DNA of 64,000 bases. Origin: Octopus sinensis (taxonomy: Eukaryota). Made by a program: the position numbers and the translations under genes. Below are positions 1 through 12,109 of the stretch, one piece after another. The stretch covers positions 186,620,001-186,684,000 of the forward strand of contig NC_042998.1 in NCBI RefSeq assembly GCF_006345805.1. The letters run 5' to 3'. The notes beneath the pieces were generated by a model that worked only from the letters and a program-made list of their open reading frames with translations, ran no database searches and was not told the origin of the DNA. Position 1 is the first letter of the stretch. Every line of letters begins with the position of its first letter.

Positions 1-52
1 GTTCATTTATTAATGTCATAGACAGACTGCAAGCTCGTTGTTTGGAGGTGCG

Positions 53-192
53 AGGTCGACTTTGCCTTTCATCCTTTCGGGGGTCGATTAGATAAGTACC
101 AGTTACGCACTGGAGTCGATGTGATCGACTTAATACCTATGTCTGTCCTTGTTTGTCCCCCTCTATGTTTAGCCCCTTGTGGGTAGTAAAGA
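53..192 (+). mobile_element. 5'-truncated tRNA-SINE family A (Meta-domain-like), tail type i
   Basis: GAGGTCGACTTTGCCTTTCATCCTTTCGGGGGTCGAT...AGCCCCTTGTGGGTAGTAAAGAA matches the many other copies in the window. Confidence 0.85.
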
Positions 193-197
193 ACTAG

Positions 198-562
198 GAT
201 TGTAAACATACAAATACATACATACATACACACACATATACATACACATACATATATACAAATACATACATACATACATACATACATACATACATACATA
301 CATGCATACATGCATACATACATACATACATACATACATACATAGATACATACATACATACATACATACATACATACATGCATGCATGCATGCATACATA
401 CATACATACATACATACATACATACATACATACATACATTCATACATACATACATACATACATACATACATACATACATGCATGCATGCATGCATACATA
501 CATACATACATACATACATACATACATACATACATACATACATACATACATACATACATACA

Positions 563-593
<31 letters not shown>

Positions 594-596
594 GCA
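198..596. repeat. (TACA)n microsatellite with periodic CATG interruptions
   Basis: Direct inspection; source of the MYVC/HTYI ORFs. Confidence 0.97.
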
Positions 597-888
597 TATA
601 TAAGATGTGTATTACTTATGCACTGCACTGTAAATCGAGACTAAAATTGTATGTTCATAAAACATATGTCTCACATTATGTTTCAAACTTTTAAAAAATG
701 TAGATTATTAAATATAACAACTTCACTTGTAGATCATAATTAATTGATCAGTTAACTTAACTAACCATTTTGTCATCTAATGTAATTACATGCAAATTAG
801 GCGGACCAGTTTAGCTGTGTCCAAATCGTATGTATTTTAAATTGTTATAAGCTAGGAGCTTCAGTTGGACAATAAATGTGTATTCTTT

Positions 889-1121
889 AAGGCGGCGAGC
901 TGGCAGAAACGTTAGCACACCGGGCGAAATACGTAGCCGTAATTCGTCTGCCGTTACTTTCTGAGTTCAAATTCCGCCGAGGTCGACTTTGCCTTTCATC
1001 CTTTCGGGGTCGATTAAATAAGTACCAGTTACGCACTGGGGTCGATATAATCGACTTAATCCGTTTGTCTGTCCTTGTTTGTCCCCTCTGTGTATAGCCC
1101 CTTATGGGCAGTAAAAAAATG
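889..1121 (+). mobile_element. Full-length SINE family A with TSD
   Basis: A-box-like TGGCAGAAACGTTAGC, B-box-like GAGTTCAAATTCC; TSD AATAAATGTGTA(T/A)TCTTT at 871-888 and 1122-1139. Confidence 0.92.
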
Positions 1122-1908
1122 AATAAATGTGTAATCTTTGTTTTGATAAACGAAGAAGACTACAAACTGGTCAATGAAATTGTTCATACATTTTCTGTTC
1201 ACGGAGAGATTTAAAAAAAACAAACTATAGTGTTAAGAAACAACTTTGTTTACTTATCCAAAATGATATGTGCTTTATTAACATACCATTAAAGTTCCGG
1301 TTATCAACTAATTATGTGTGTATGTGTGTATGAGGGAGAGAGAGATAGTCTAATGTAAATATTACATCAAATTTGTCATCTCTTATTTATATATATTTCA
1401 TAATATGACCACTTGGTTGTTCAGCGGAACTTTAATCCTACGCGGACACAATAGTTTTAATAGCATATCAGAGACGACATGCGATAAGGAGAGTTTTAAT
1501 AAACATGAATAATAGTTATCTCGACTTGTAACAAGTACTTCGAGTTATAACAGAGATATAATTCTAAAATAGAGGTGACACTTGAGATATGATTTAGCCA
1601 GTGGGCACACAAGCAACCACATGCCGCTTCACTTTGCAACCTATTTCAATCTCGCCTGTTCGCATATTTTAACTACCCCGTGTATTTTAATTAATGTGCA
1701 GACGATGGGGCAAGATATGAAAATCCGGAAGTGAAATCTCAAAAAAACTTGTTACAGACTTTAAGACTCCTAGTTCTTGTGATTCCAAACCAACACAAAA
1801 AAATTGCATTGGTATACGTTGTAGCAATAACGGTAGTAGTGAGGGTTAGAGCAATATCGTACTGTTTATTATCATATATTTCTGACATTCCATGTCAAAA
1901 CTACTTAC

Positions 1909-1978
1909 CTTTTCAAAATCTTAACAATACTAATTAGTATTATAACAACTGTTGTTGCAATCACTAAGGATACAAGCT
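1909..1978 (-). CDS. Predicted coding exon: transmembrane helix (K)LVSLVIATTVVIILISIVKILK(R) of an unidentified membrane protein
   Basis: Acceptor ttttctccag, donor AAG|gtaagt, phase 1 to 2, open frame, hydrophobic helix followed by basic residues. Confidence 0.65.
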
Positions 1979-2305
1979 CTGGAGAAAACGTCTACAGCGC
2001 TTGACCTGTCAGAAAAAGCAGCCCAGTCTTATTTGAATCACAAAATCATGTAATCTTAATGAAGACGAGATAATAGCAGTTGGAACACTCTTGATTTTTA
2101 GTTCTGCTCAGTCAGACCTGACCTGGGGCTAAACAATCGTCTCTATTGCAACAGTCTCTACTGATGCCACTGCTAACACCGCTACTATCATTGCTGCTGT
2201 CACTACTGCTGATAATAGAGCGGCAGCTATAACATCGCTTATTAGAAACAAGAGAGAGAGAGAGAAAAAACACAAAAAAAGCATGACAATTATTGCGACC
2301 ATTAC

Positions 2306-2376
2306 TCTGGGGGCAATCTCTTCGTACAAAGTGATCAGATTTCAGAGACGTTTGCCAAATAACAGCCGGAAGTGGT
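2306..2376 (-). CDS. Predicted coding exon (R)PLPAVIWQTSLKSDHFVRRDCPQ(K)
   Basis: Acceptor tttcattcctttacag, donor gtaatg, phase 2 to 1, compatible with both neighbouring exons. Confidence 0.6.
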
Positions 2377-2519
2377 CTGTAAAGGAATGAAATTGAAATA
2401 GATGCTTTATTTTTATTGTAAACAAAGGAAATCAATATTAGTTTTAATTCTATTGCAAACATAAAGAAAATCGATATTAGCTTATAAACAAGGAAAAGAA
2501 AAATCGTATTTAACTTCAC

Positions 2520-2578
2520 CTTAACACCGTACTGAGTGGATACTGTAGGCTGGTGGCGAGGGCATGTCTAAGGGCCAC
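2520..2578 (-). CDS. Predicted coding exon VALRHALATSLQYPLSTVL(R)
   Basis: Acceptor ttttcttaacag, donor AAG|gtgaag, phase 0 to 2, open frame. Confidence 0.62.
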
Positions 2579-3344
2579 CTGTTAAGAAAAATCAGTGAAA
2601 TATGGGAAATTCGGCTTAGAAGTCTAATGTCTATTATTCTTTTTTTTTTCGTTGATATCATCACCATTGTCGTCATTGTTATCGCTATTATCATCTTTTT
2701 GTTGTCCCTATCATTATTTGAAATTAGAAGCCATTATTTTCCTCCCCACCATCACCACCACAACTCTCCCCTTTCTTCCCTTCCCCTCCTCTTCCTCATG
2801 ATCATCATTGTCATCATCATCATTATCATCATCATCAGCACAACCACAATCACCAACAAATCTGATGAATCAACGAGGAAGCTTCTGTTTGGTCTCACAA
2901 CCTGCTAGAAATAGCAGTGAAACATTCCTCGAGTTACTCTGATACCCTAAGAAAGGATAAATTGGACGATGTGATCCTTGATAGGCAGAGGAAGCGATAG
3001 TCATGGTTGGAACGCCACTTAAAATCGATCTGTTTGACAGGGCATGAGCTTGGGGTTAAACAACAATAGCAACTCATCCGTTATCATTATGAACAATATG
3101 GGATGGATGCATTTCCTCAACATTGTTGTTGCTAATGTAAAGCCACAGGTCAATATTGATTGAGAAGGCAGACGATCTAAAATATTTCAACAGTGGCTAT
3201 CTCGTTTATTTATTTATTTATTTTAGGGTTATGTGGGACTACATTATCTAAAGTATCCCTTCCTCATTTAGGGGCTAACTGGTAGAGAATCGTTTGATCA
3301 TGGAACAAATTGCATGGCAGGATTTACTCTGGAGTCCTGAGTTG

Positions 3345-3772
3345 GGATCTCTTCGCTTTGAACGGCAGTTTTTTAAAATAATTTCCACGTAACTAAACAC
3401 TTTTAAACTTCGTATACTGGTAGAATGTGTTTATAAAACATCTTTTTCTCTTGGCTTTATTGAGAAAATTCTATAGTTTGTAAGATATTTGTTGTTTTTT
3501 TTTTTTCAATTTCTGCAATTTCAACAAATCAATGACGTCTATTGAGGTGAAAACATTCTGTGCCGTATGAATATGTCCCTCGTTTAACAAACAGATTGGG
3601 TTTATTTACATTTCTGAAGAAAAAAAAGATACCCTTCCCCCCACCCCTAACCCTAACTAACCCTAACTCTAAAACAGATTGAAATGCAATAGATCGATAC
3701 TAGGGTCATAATTATGGGTGACAATTTCATATGACATCGCTAGAAAAACTGCCGTTCAAACCGAAAAGATCC
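3345..3772 (+). mobile_element. MITE, Merlin-like (GG-initial TIRs, 8-bp TSD)
   Basis: TIRs GGATCTCTTCGCTTTGAACGGCAGTTTTT / AAAAACTGCCGTTCAAACCGAAAAGATCC; perfect TSD CTGAGTTG at 3337-3344 and 3773-3780; superfamily is inferred. Confidence 0.85.
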
Positions 3773-4468
3773 CTGAGTTGAAACCCTGCCGAAATCAACT
3801 TTACTTTTCATACCTTTTTGGGGCCGTTAAAGGAAGGTACCAGCTCGGAGGATTGGCAGCAATATTTGTTCCAGCTCTTTAACGATTATTGAAGTTGTAG
3901 CAAGCACGTTCAGAGTTTGGCCCTTTACTTTTAAGTACCCACATTTCGGCTCGTCACTTGATGGTCGAGTCCATCTAGCTTTACACGGGCTGTCCATCAT
4001 ACCACGTGACGGATCAACCAAGCGCGCTACCCTCAGCTATATAGGGAAGCTTTTCCCACTATTTATTCGGCGAGGTGGGTCGACACGGTGAAGATCGGGT
4101 CTTCGGCAGGGAAAGCAGTTACTTCGCAAGGCAGCCTCAGCTAACCTTTGACACATACGCTGTTCCTGTCCTCCTGCAGAAGTCATCCAGCATGCATCAT
4201 CATTATGTACTCTCTGCATGTTAAACTATCGTGTTGTAGTGATTTCATTTAGGCATAGAGTAGATTCGAACCTGCATCAGCAAATTTCTCATAATATTTC
4301 AACATCACTTTTCTCACAGAGAAACAATGGTTGACAGCAAGTTACATTTAGCATATGGCTTTGCCAACCGATTTATGTCTTTAACCATTTTGACCTCTTC
4401 TATTTCACCAAAAGTTGAATTGGGATAACAAACACCCAACATATAACAATATGTATCTCCTTCTAATT

Positions 4469-4781
4469 TCATCATCCTTTAGAAGGAACAGTTATTTGTT
4501 CCATCTCGAGCCACGCTTGGCTCATAAGGGCCGGTTTCTCGGTTTCCTTGGCGTATAGGCTCCCCACCTGGACGGGACGCCGGTCCGTCGCAGGTGAACT
4601 GCGAGATGCAGGAGGAAAGAGTGAGAGAAAGTTGTGGCGAAAGAGTCAGCAGAAGTTCGCCACTACCTTCTGCCGGAGCCGCGTGGAGCTTAGGTGTTTT
4701 GCCCATAAATACATACATCGCCCGGTTTGAGATTCGAACCCGCGATCCCTCTACTCTAATAACTAGGCCATGTGCCTCCAC
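4469..4781 (-). mobile_element. tRNA-SINE family B variant with V-SINE-like central domain
   Basis: TSD ATCTCCTTCTAATT at 4455-4468 and 4782-4795; head shared with family B; CCTGCGACGGACCGGCGTCCCGTCCAGG resembles the V-domain as recalled. Confidence 0.75.
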
Positions 4782-4807
4782 ATCTCCTTCTAATTGGTTT
4801 TGTATAA

Positions 4808-5209
4808 TCTTTATTTATAAAAGTGAGGTTGTGTGCTGTCTGTCTCCTACGATTTAGATTCCTAACTACTCCCACATTTTGCGGTGCAGTTTAACCAAAA
4901 CCGGGTATCTTATAGTCGTGATTCATATCGAGCCCTTCTGGGTATTAGCGCGCGTCTACAATGAGTCTACGATTTAAAAAAAAATTTACCATAATTTTTT
5001 TCCATTTTAATGCATTTTTTCGCTATTATATAAGGGAAGTAACTCTCTAAAAATGTCTACGATGAGTCAACGATTTAAAAAAAAATTTACCATCATTTTT
5101 TTTTCCATTTTTTATGCATTTTTTTGCTATTTTTTGGTTATAACTCTCTAAAAATGCTTATATAGTTATTTCCCTTACAAACCCGAGCAACGCCGGGCGA
5201 TACTGCTAG
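4808..5209 (+). mobile_element. Non-autonomous Helitron
   Basis: A|TC...hairpin CCCGAGCAACGCCGGG...CTAG|T; homologous to 15082-15478. Confidence 0.88.
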
Positions 5210-5575
5210 TTATAAATAATAGAATTCTGTAAGCCAAAATCAGATGGTGAACGGAGGCGACTACAGATGGCCACAGGCAGATAGACAGCCACTTGAGACA
5301 AACGGCCAGAGGGAGAAAGTTACAATCAGCCACTATTAGACATTTAACTTCCCTCGACTTTCTAACTTTCACTAGCTCACTTTCTTTTCTCTACAACACT
5401 ACCCTATCTCTATCTGTGGTTTACTACTACACAATGACGAGAACACAAACACATCAATTCAAGGAAAACCTACGATATCTCTCTTAACCCCCGCATGCTT
5501 TACGAATCATATTATTCATACCAGCCCGTTGTGGTTTTGGCTGTATACAAAGTAACGGTAATAATAAATATTTGT

Positions 5576-5808
5576 AAGGCGGCGAGCTGGCAGAATCGTT
5601 AGCACGTCGGGCGAAATGCTTAGCGGTATTTTGGCTGCCGTTACGTTGTGAGTTCAAATTCCGCCGAGGTCGACTTTGCCTTTCATCCTTTTGGGGTCGA
5701 TTAAATAAGTACCAGTTACGCACTGGAATCGATGTAATCGTCTTAATCCGTTTGTCTGTCCTTGTTTGTTCCCTCTGTGTGTAGCCCTTTGTGTAGTAAA
5801 GAAATAGG
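5576..5808 (+). mobile_element. Full-length SINE family A with TSD
   Basis: TSD TAATAAATATTTGT at 5562-5575 and 5809-5822, preceded by GG(TAA) on both sides. Confidence 0.9.
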
Positions 5809-6519
5809 TAATAAATATTTGTTAACTTCGACCACTGTTCTTCTTTCATCTTGCACAACTGGCAACCAACGTCTATAACATTTGCCGTTACATTGGTGAA
5901 CCAACACCTAAAAACATTACCGTTGCAGTGTATATGTTCTGACCGTTCCTTCAATATGTATCTCTACAGCTTTGCCGTCTTAACACCTTTTAACAGGTTG
6001 AATAAACTGTCGCACTTAATCCTGGTTTCCCCGTTCTTCTTTTATCTATACACGCAGCCTTACTCAAACCAGCATTATTTATCAACTTCAAACTTCAGCT
6101 GTTAAAAAAGTCCTTGCGTTGTTGGTTTAATCCGTCATCCGGTTTAACACCACCACATTGTCCTGGTATGACTTTAGAACGCTTTACTTAGTTGCAAGCA
6201 TTTGGGTTAGGTTTCTGACTTGAAGATAACTTCTTCCTTTTTACCACCAGTCACCAAAATCCTGAAAGAAAAAATAGGGGATATGGATCACTGGCGCTGT
6301 CCTCTACTTCTCCTGAGTAAACAGCGAAAAAAAAACACACATTTGGGTGTGATTTGAGAGAGATTTGACTTCTATTGATGGCATATCAAGTGACCACGTA
6401 GAGGTTCCCTAACTGGTTCATCTTCAACATCGCCATTCATAACGGTTCTTGTCTCGTATAATAAGTAAGTCTAAGATTTGACTTAATATCTTTGCCCAAT
6501 GTCAGGTATGGCGGTGGCG

Positions 6520-6900
6520 AAGAATGGAGAAGGTTATAGACGCCCTACATTCTCTGCTTTTATTTTCACATACTGGATCATGAACATTGGGTAATGACAG
6601 AAAGAATTCGATCGCGAATTCAAGCGGCCGAAATGGAGTTCCTCCGAAAGATCTCTGGGGTAATGTTACTCGACAGAATGCGTAACTCGGAGAGCAAGGA
6701 GTCTTTCTAGGTCGAGTCAATCCTTCTCAGCACTGAGCAATCACAGTTCTGATACTACAGAATTAGAATGTCGTAAGACAGATTCTTGAAGCCCAGCCAA
6801 CCGGCCGAAGACCAAGAGGTAGATCAAAAACGAAATGGTTGAATAATATCCATAGCCTCAGTTGACCACGTTTGGAAATCCAGCCAGAAAGTCTAATGAC
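6520..6900 (+). pseudogene. RTE-clade LINE ORF2 C-terminal fossil
   Basis: Frameshifted translation MTERIRSRIQAAEMEFLRKISGV...RQILEAQPTGRRPRGRSKTKWL. Confidence 0.75.
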
Positions 6901-6949
6901 GATTGCTTCTAATAGGCCCCGTGGAGGAGGTACCTGAGGACTCTCCCTC

Positions 6950-7200
6950 CCATGAATACTTAATAGAGATGGATGGAGGGTCTGGAGGAAGAGGCAGTGT
7001 TCATGACTTTTGAAGGCTCTCCTAGACTTTTGTGAGTCAGCATTTGTGGGAAGATATGAGCAGGGATGAATTCCAGAGGGCTGGCGTTTTTTTTGAAGGA
7101 AGGACATAACATAGTAATTAGTATAGAGTATGGGATGGGCATAATGGGGGTGACGAGAGGAGAGACGAGTTAGAGATTGTCTGAGTAGAGTAGGCACGAG
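6950..7200 (-). pseudogene. Degenerate CR1/L2-like LINE 3' end
   Basis: Frameshifted TRLSSRHPH...SF...LW...P-like pattern typical of LINE ORF2 C-termini. Confidence 0.45.
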
Positions 7201-8179
7201 CCCAGCCAGCTTTTGAGAGCAGAAACCATTACAGTAACGATACCTAATTCTTTGTTAAATACATACCTGTATTTCAATTAAATAAACTATTACTTGTACT
7301 TATGCTGTTACTAGTAAGCATATAGTATTCTAGTAACCGCACAAAAATACATGGTTTGCGAAAATATTAAGTCAACATGTACTGGAATGAAGATTTTTCA
7401 GAAATTTTACTGTTTATCAAATTAGCCAAAACACGTTTTATAAAACTTCGATGTCAGTATAAGCATTGACAATTTTCTTGTCCAAAATCTAGCCATATTA
7501 AAGTTGTTTGAAAATATGTATGAGTTTGTAAGTAATATAATTAATAGACACCATGCCATATTGTTGCAATTCCACTGAGCGTACAAAGATAAAAATCTAT
7601 AAAAATACGAGTCAGGCTAGAAAAGTTGAATGATCTGGCTAAAATACATTACTTTTTGTGTTTTAAAAATAGTTTGACAGTAATTGCTATAATAAAAGTC
7701 ACTCATTCACTCAAATTTAATGGAATACATGCAAAATAAATAAGTAAATAAAAAATAAAAATAAAGAAAAGAAAAGAAAAAATTTAATCATTAGCCAGTG
7801 TTTTTGAGGTTAATCCAGTTAAGTGTTAATAATACTATAGGTCTGAAAGGGTTAAAATCTTTAATTTACCGTGGTTAATACAATTAAATAAAATGTTGAA
7901 TGTCCGCCGGGAAAAATGTCTTGTTTTGATTCAGTGACTAGAATAACATAATTAGAGAATTTTAGATGTGCTCAATTTCAGATACGCAAGTAATACACAT
8001 GGCTATTTTTTGTTCAGCAAAAACCAACAAATCTGAGTGATTTCTGTTCATTGGATAGAGAAATAAGTTGAAAGCACAGCTGAGTGAACTGGAGCAACGT
8101 GAAATAAAATGTTTTGCACAAGGACATAACGTACCGCCAGGTATTTCGCTTGCAGTGGTTTCAGGAAGGAGCTCCTGAT

Positions 8180-9430
8180 ACTGACGAGAGCAAGAGAGCC
8201 ATAGAAGGAGATGAAAGGAGAGGCCAAGGAAGGGAACTGCATTCCTGCCTAATCCCCTACAAATTGATGAAGCAACTCCTCGGCTAGAAGAGGACCAGCC
8301 AGTTGACCTGTTCCAAGGATGTCATAAACGAGCACTTCTCAAATGTTTACAGCGATAACGAGAGACTAACTACTGTCCTCATACAAGGCACTTATGATAT
8401 CACCAGAACCAACAGTGGTATTCAATTTGGAAAAGCCTTGTTCTAGGGAAGTGAGAGAAGTAGTAAGAAAGGCAAAACCTAATTATGCACCAGGCCCAAG
8501 TGGAGTCCATAAAAGATCTGTAAGAACTGTCCAATGCTACTCTATCGGCTTTGGACGACCCTGAAGATGATTTGGAGGTGAGTGATGGATACCCTGTTAT
8601 GGAGAAATGCAAAAGGGATACACATACCCCAAAGAGGAGAGAGCTGAAGATATAGGCCAATTTCACGTCATCTCTTTGCTCAGCGCAGAGAGCATGATTT
8701 TTCAGCACTGTGTCAAAAAGGCTTTCTACTGAACAATAGACACATCCATAAGTCGGTACAGAAGGGAAGCAAACCTAGAGTCTCTGGATGCCTTGAACAC
8801 ACAGGCGCGATGACTCAGCTCATCAGGTAGGTACGATAGCAAAAAAAAAGGACTTAGCTGTGTTGTGGCTGGACCTGGCCAATGCATATGGCTCGATATC
8901 ACGAGGCGGCGAGCTGGCAGAAACGTTAGCACGCCGGGCGAAATGCGTAGCCGTATTTCGTCTGTCGTTACGTTCCGAGTTCAAATTCCGCCGAGGTCGA
9001 CTTTGCCTTTCATCCTTTCGGGGTCGATAAATTAAGTACCAGTTACGCACTGGGGTCGATGTAATCGACTTAACCCCTTTGTCTGTCCTTGTTTGTCCCC
9101 TCTGTATTTAGCCCCTCGTGGATAGTAAAGAAATATATGGCTCGATATCACTCATGCTGGTTAAAGTTGCAGTAGAAAAACACCATGTATTCCAGAAAGT
9201 CAAAGGCCTCGTAATGGATAAAATCAGCATCTGAACAGCACCAACAAGACGTGGAGATAATTTTGGGGTGCGTCATCTCAGTGTCTCTCTTTGCGTTGGC
9301 AATGAACACGTTGGTCAAGTCAGCAAAGAAGGAGTGCTGGTGTCCTCTCAGTAAGAGAAAGTAAGACAACCGCTCATCAGAGCTTTCATGGATTATCTCA
9401 CGGTGACAATAACAACAGTGCAGGGGCTAG
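8180..9430 (+). pseudogene. HERO-like (R2-group) non-LTR reverse transcriptase fossil, interrupted by a SINE
   Basis: APGPSG, KNCPMLL, GCLEHTG, DLAVLWLDLANAYGSI (8851-8898) and AFMDYL (9382-9399); stops and frameshifts. Confidence 0.85.
8903..9134 (+). mobile_element. Full-length SINE family A with 17-bp TSD
   Basis: ATATGGCTCGATATCAC at 8886-8902 and 9135-9151. Confidence 0.95.
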
Positions 9431-9588
9431 GTTTGTGGTATGACACCTGCAAAAGCTTGGGGCATAGTTTTGAAGTAAGCAAGTTTCACCAAAGGAAAGA
9501 ACAATCAGTGTAACCGCTCTGTTTCTGAAGTTCGAACAAGATTTTGGTCAGAATTCTATACTAACTTAGTATCTAGGTTTACTAAAAT

Positions 9589-10656
9589 CAATGGCATCCC
9601 AAGGGTGGGGCGGGAAGGACTGTCCGCCCTGGGCGGCACAATTGATTTGTATTAATATATCATTAATATAAATGCAGTATAACTATTATAGACTTTAATA
9701 ATGTAAGCAACTATTAAAATTTCCTTAAAATTTAAATTTATCATCAGTAAACTTCTCTACTTGTAAGCAGAAACAAAACAGTAGATGGCGCGTTGGCCTA
9801 TTCAACCGAAATTTGCTCTGATATGGGAATCAGCACAGAGCGTTGAATTCGCAAAAATAAAAGAATGAGCTACGAAGGAAGTATCGATGTCGCTCTCAGC
9901 TACGACGCTGAACTAAGAAGAGAAATGTTGTCAGTGTGGTTGAAGAAAACCTCTAGATTCGAAAGACTTCACGATATAGCAAAAAAAGAAAAACTAACTT
10001 TCTCACACCGCCCAATTTGTTAGATAAAGAGTGTAATTGTGATGTAGATGCTTTTGATGAGAATATTAAGAGAGAAGACTTTCTGATTGAAAGGGCAAGA
10101 CTGCAAAATTATTTAGCGGCTGCTGACGCTGAAGACATTGAAGGGCCTTTACAAGTTTCTCCAGTTTATTCAGAAATATGATCTTATTGGCCAGATATTG
10201 TAATACTTTTAAGAGTCTTCCTAACTCGTGCCATTGGTGTTGCTAGCTGCGAAGCTAAAGCTTATTAAGAATCACCTCAGGTCAACAATAAGTCAAACAA
10301 GGTTGACTGATTTGGCAATACTATCCATAGAGCGTGACCTTGCGGATAAAAATAATTTTGATGAAATCATTCAAGATTTCGCGAAGAGGAAGGCACGTAA
10401 GATCAATTTGTAAATCGTTTATTTTTGTAATTCACTCATCTTCTGTTCTTTAACATATTTTCCTATTATTTTTTGTGTATAAACATTATATAAGTAAATT
10501 CGAGGGAAATAAATGGTTGCTACAGTTTGTTTTCTTATTTTGCATACATATATACCTGTATTATTCCGCTTTTGGCGTTTTGAAGTGTTAGAACTTTTAA
10601 GGGGCGGCCAAATAAACATCCGCCCCCGGGCGGCACTTGTGCTTGGTATGCCACTG
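9589..10656 (+). mobile_element. Internally deleted hAT transposon (Tip100/ZMYM-type dimerisation-domain remnant)
   Basis: TIRs CAATGGCATCCCAAG / CTTGGTATGCCACTG; TSD ACTAAAAT at 9581-9588 and 10657-10664; KLKLIKNHLRSTISQTRLTDLAILSIE (ORF 10228-10413). Confidence 0.9.
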
Positions 10657-11167
10657 ACTAAAATGTACTTTTCCTAGGTTTACATCTCGTGGTAACCTAT
10701 TCCCACAGTAGGATGCCCCATACCCTGCATCATGCAGCATTTATGATGTATATAATTTATTCCAAGACGGACTCTTTATTTCTTCGAATCAAAGCTACCA
10801 TTCATTTCAATGTCTGCTGGAGATGTCGACGCAGTTCCTGTGAGTTATTATTTGTAGAATACATAATATACAATAATACGCAAAAGGGGAAAAATAGGTA
10901 AACTTAGAATATTAGAATACCGCCCCTCCCCCACTATTAATCTTGAGAATTTCTCTTTGAATCGACAATGGTGCCTGATCTAGAAACACGTCCAGTAGTT
11001 TTCAAAGAGCATCGGTTGATATAATCGAATTCAGTATTTGACTAGTGCTTTATTTTATAAACCCCGAAAGGATAAAAGGCAAAATTGGCCTGTGCAGGAT
11101 TTGAACTCAGAATGTAAAGAATCGGAATAAATAGCCCCAGCCCATTCCCTCGATGCTGTAACGAATC

Positions 11168-11399
11168 TATTTCTTTACTATCCACAAGGGGCTAAACACA
11201 GAGGGGACAAACAAGGACAGACAAACGGATTAAGTAGATTACATCGACCCCAGTGCGTAACGGGTACTTAATTTATCGACCCCGAAAGGATGAAAGGCAA
11301 AGTCGACCTCGGCGGAATTTGAACTCAGAACTTAACGGCAGACGAAATACGGCTACGCATTTCGCCCGGCGTGCTAACGTTTCTGCCAGCTCGCTGCCT
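11168..11399 (-). mobile_element. Full-length SINE family A
   Basis: Reverse complement of the consensus; adjoins a degenerate copy at about 11030-11165. Confidence 0.9.
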
Positions 11400-11456
11400 T
11401 TTTTTAAAAAAAAAATTAGCACAAAACTAGCAATTTTGAAGACAGGGTTTTACTCG

Positions 11457-11846
11457 ATACCTATTTCTTTATTACCCACAAGGGGCTAAACATAGAGAGG
11501 ACAAACAAGGACAGACATAGGTATTAAGCTGATTCCATCGACCCCAGTGCGTAACTGGTACTTAATTTATCGACCCCGAAAGGATGAAAGGCAAAGTCGA
11601 CCTCGGCGGAATTTGAACTCAGAACGTAGAGGCAGACGAAACACCGCTAAGGATTTCGCCCGGCGTGCTAACGTTTCTGCCAATCCCAACACTCAATTGG
11701 TACTTTATCTTTATCGACCCCTGGAGGGATGGAAGGCAGAGTTGACGTCAACGGGATTTGAACTCAGAACGTAAAGAGCCGGAAAAAATACCGCAAAGGA
11801 TTTTTTTCTCACGCTCTGTCGATTGATTCTGCCAGCTCACCGCCTA
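11457..11846 (-). mobile_element. SINE family A copy nested in or adjacent to an older degenerate copy
   Basis: Young copy at 11457-11690, older body and head at 11697-11846. Confidence 0.8.
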
Positions 11847-11889
11847 TTTTTTTGAATCAACAATAGTACGAACAGAAGAATAGGGAGCC

Positions 11890-12107
11890 ATCAAGGGACC
11901 TCAGTCTGGTCGGTCGACCCACTAGAAATAGCAGCCAGATCTCTCTCTCACAAACCAAACCTCACTGTCTTGAAAAGAAAGCACGCACGAGATATTATAA
12001 TCCAAGATATGCTGCCTGAGAAAAATGCGATGGTCACGACTGGAATGCTTTGACTATAGGTACGTTCAGTCAAGGCTGACACAGGGTTAAACAACAACAA
12101 CAACAAC
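11890..12107 (+). mobile_element. Old retroposon 3' fragment with (CAA)n tail
   Basis: CTAGAAATAGCAGCCA...GGGTTAAACAACAAC; degenerate relatives near 2885-3070, 36075-36282, 44255-44830 and (minus) 20540-20755, 63400-63480. Confidence 0.6.
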
Positions 12108-12109
12108 AA

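Noticed and set aside
69-694. MYVC/HTYI repeat ORFs (also 25618-26065, 34132-34454, 62688-63281)
   Set aside because: Translations of (TACA)n/(TATG)n microsatellites.
1726-1734. ETS-type CCGGAAGTG promoter motif (also near 2366)
   Set aside because: Single short motifs with no other promoter evidence; the second lies in a predicted coding exon.
2112-2260. Ly6/three-finger-like CYSC...CCNRDDC motif in ORF 2112-2519
   Set aside because: Arises from a degenerate trinucleotide repeat inside a predicted intron; cysteine spacing is incomplete.
3800-4230. GC-richer block with a read-through minus-strand frame and a TGACGAGCCGAAA hammerhead-like string
   Set aside because: No recognisable domain; the core lacks CT and a stem II; left unclassified.
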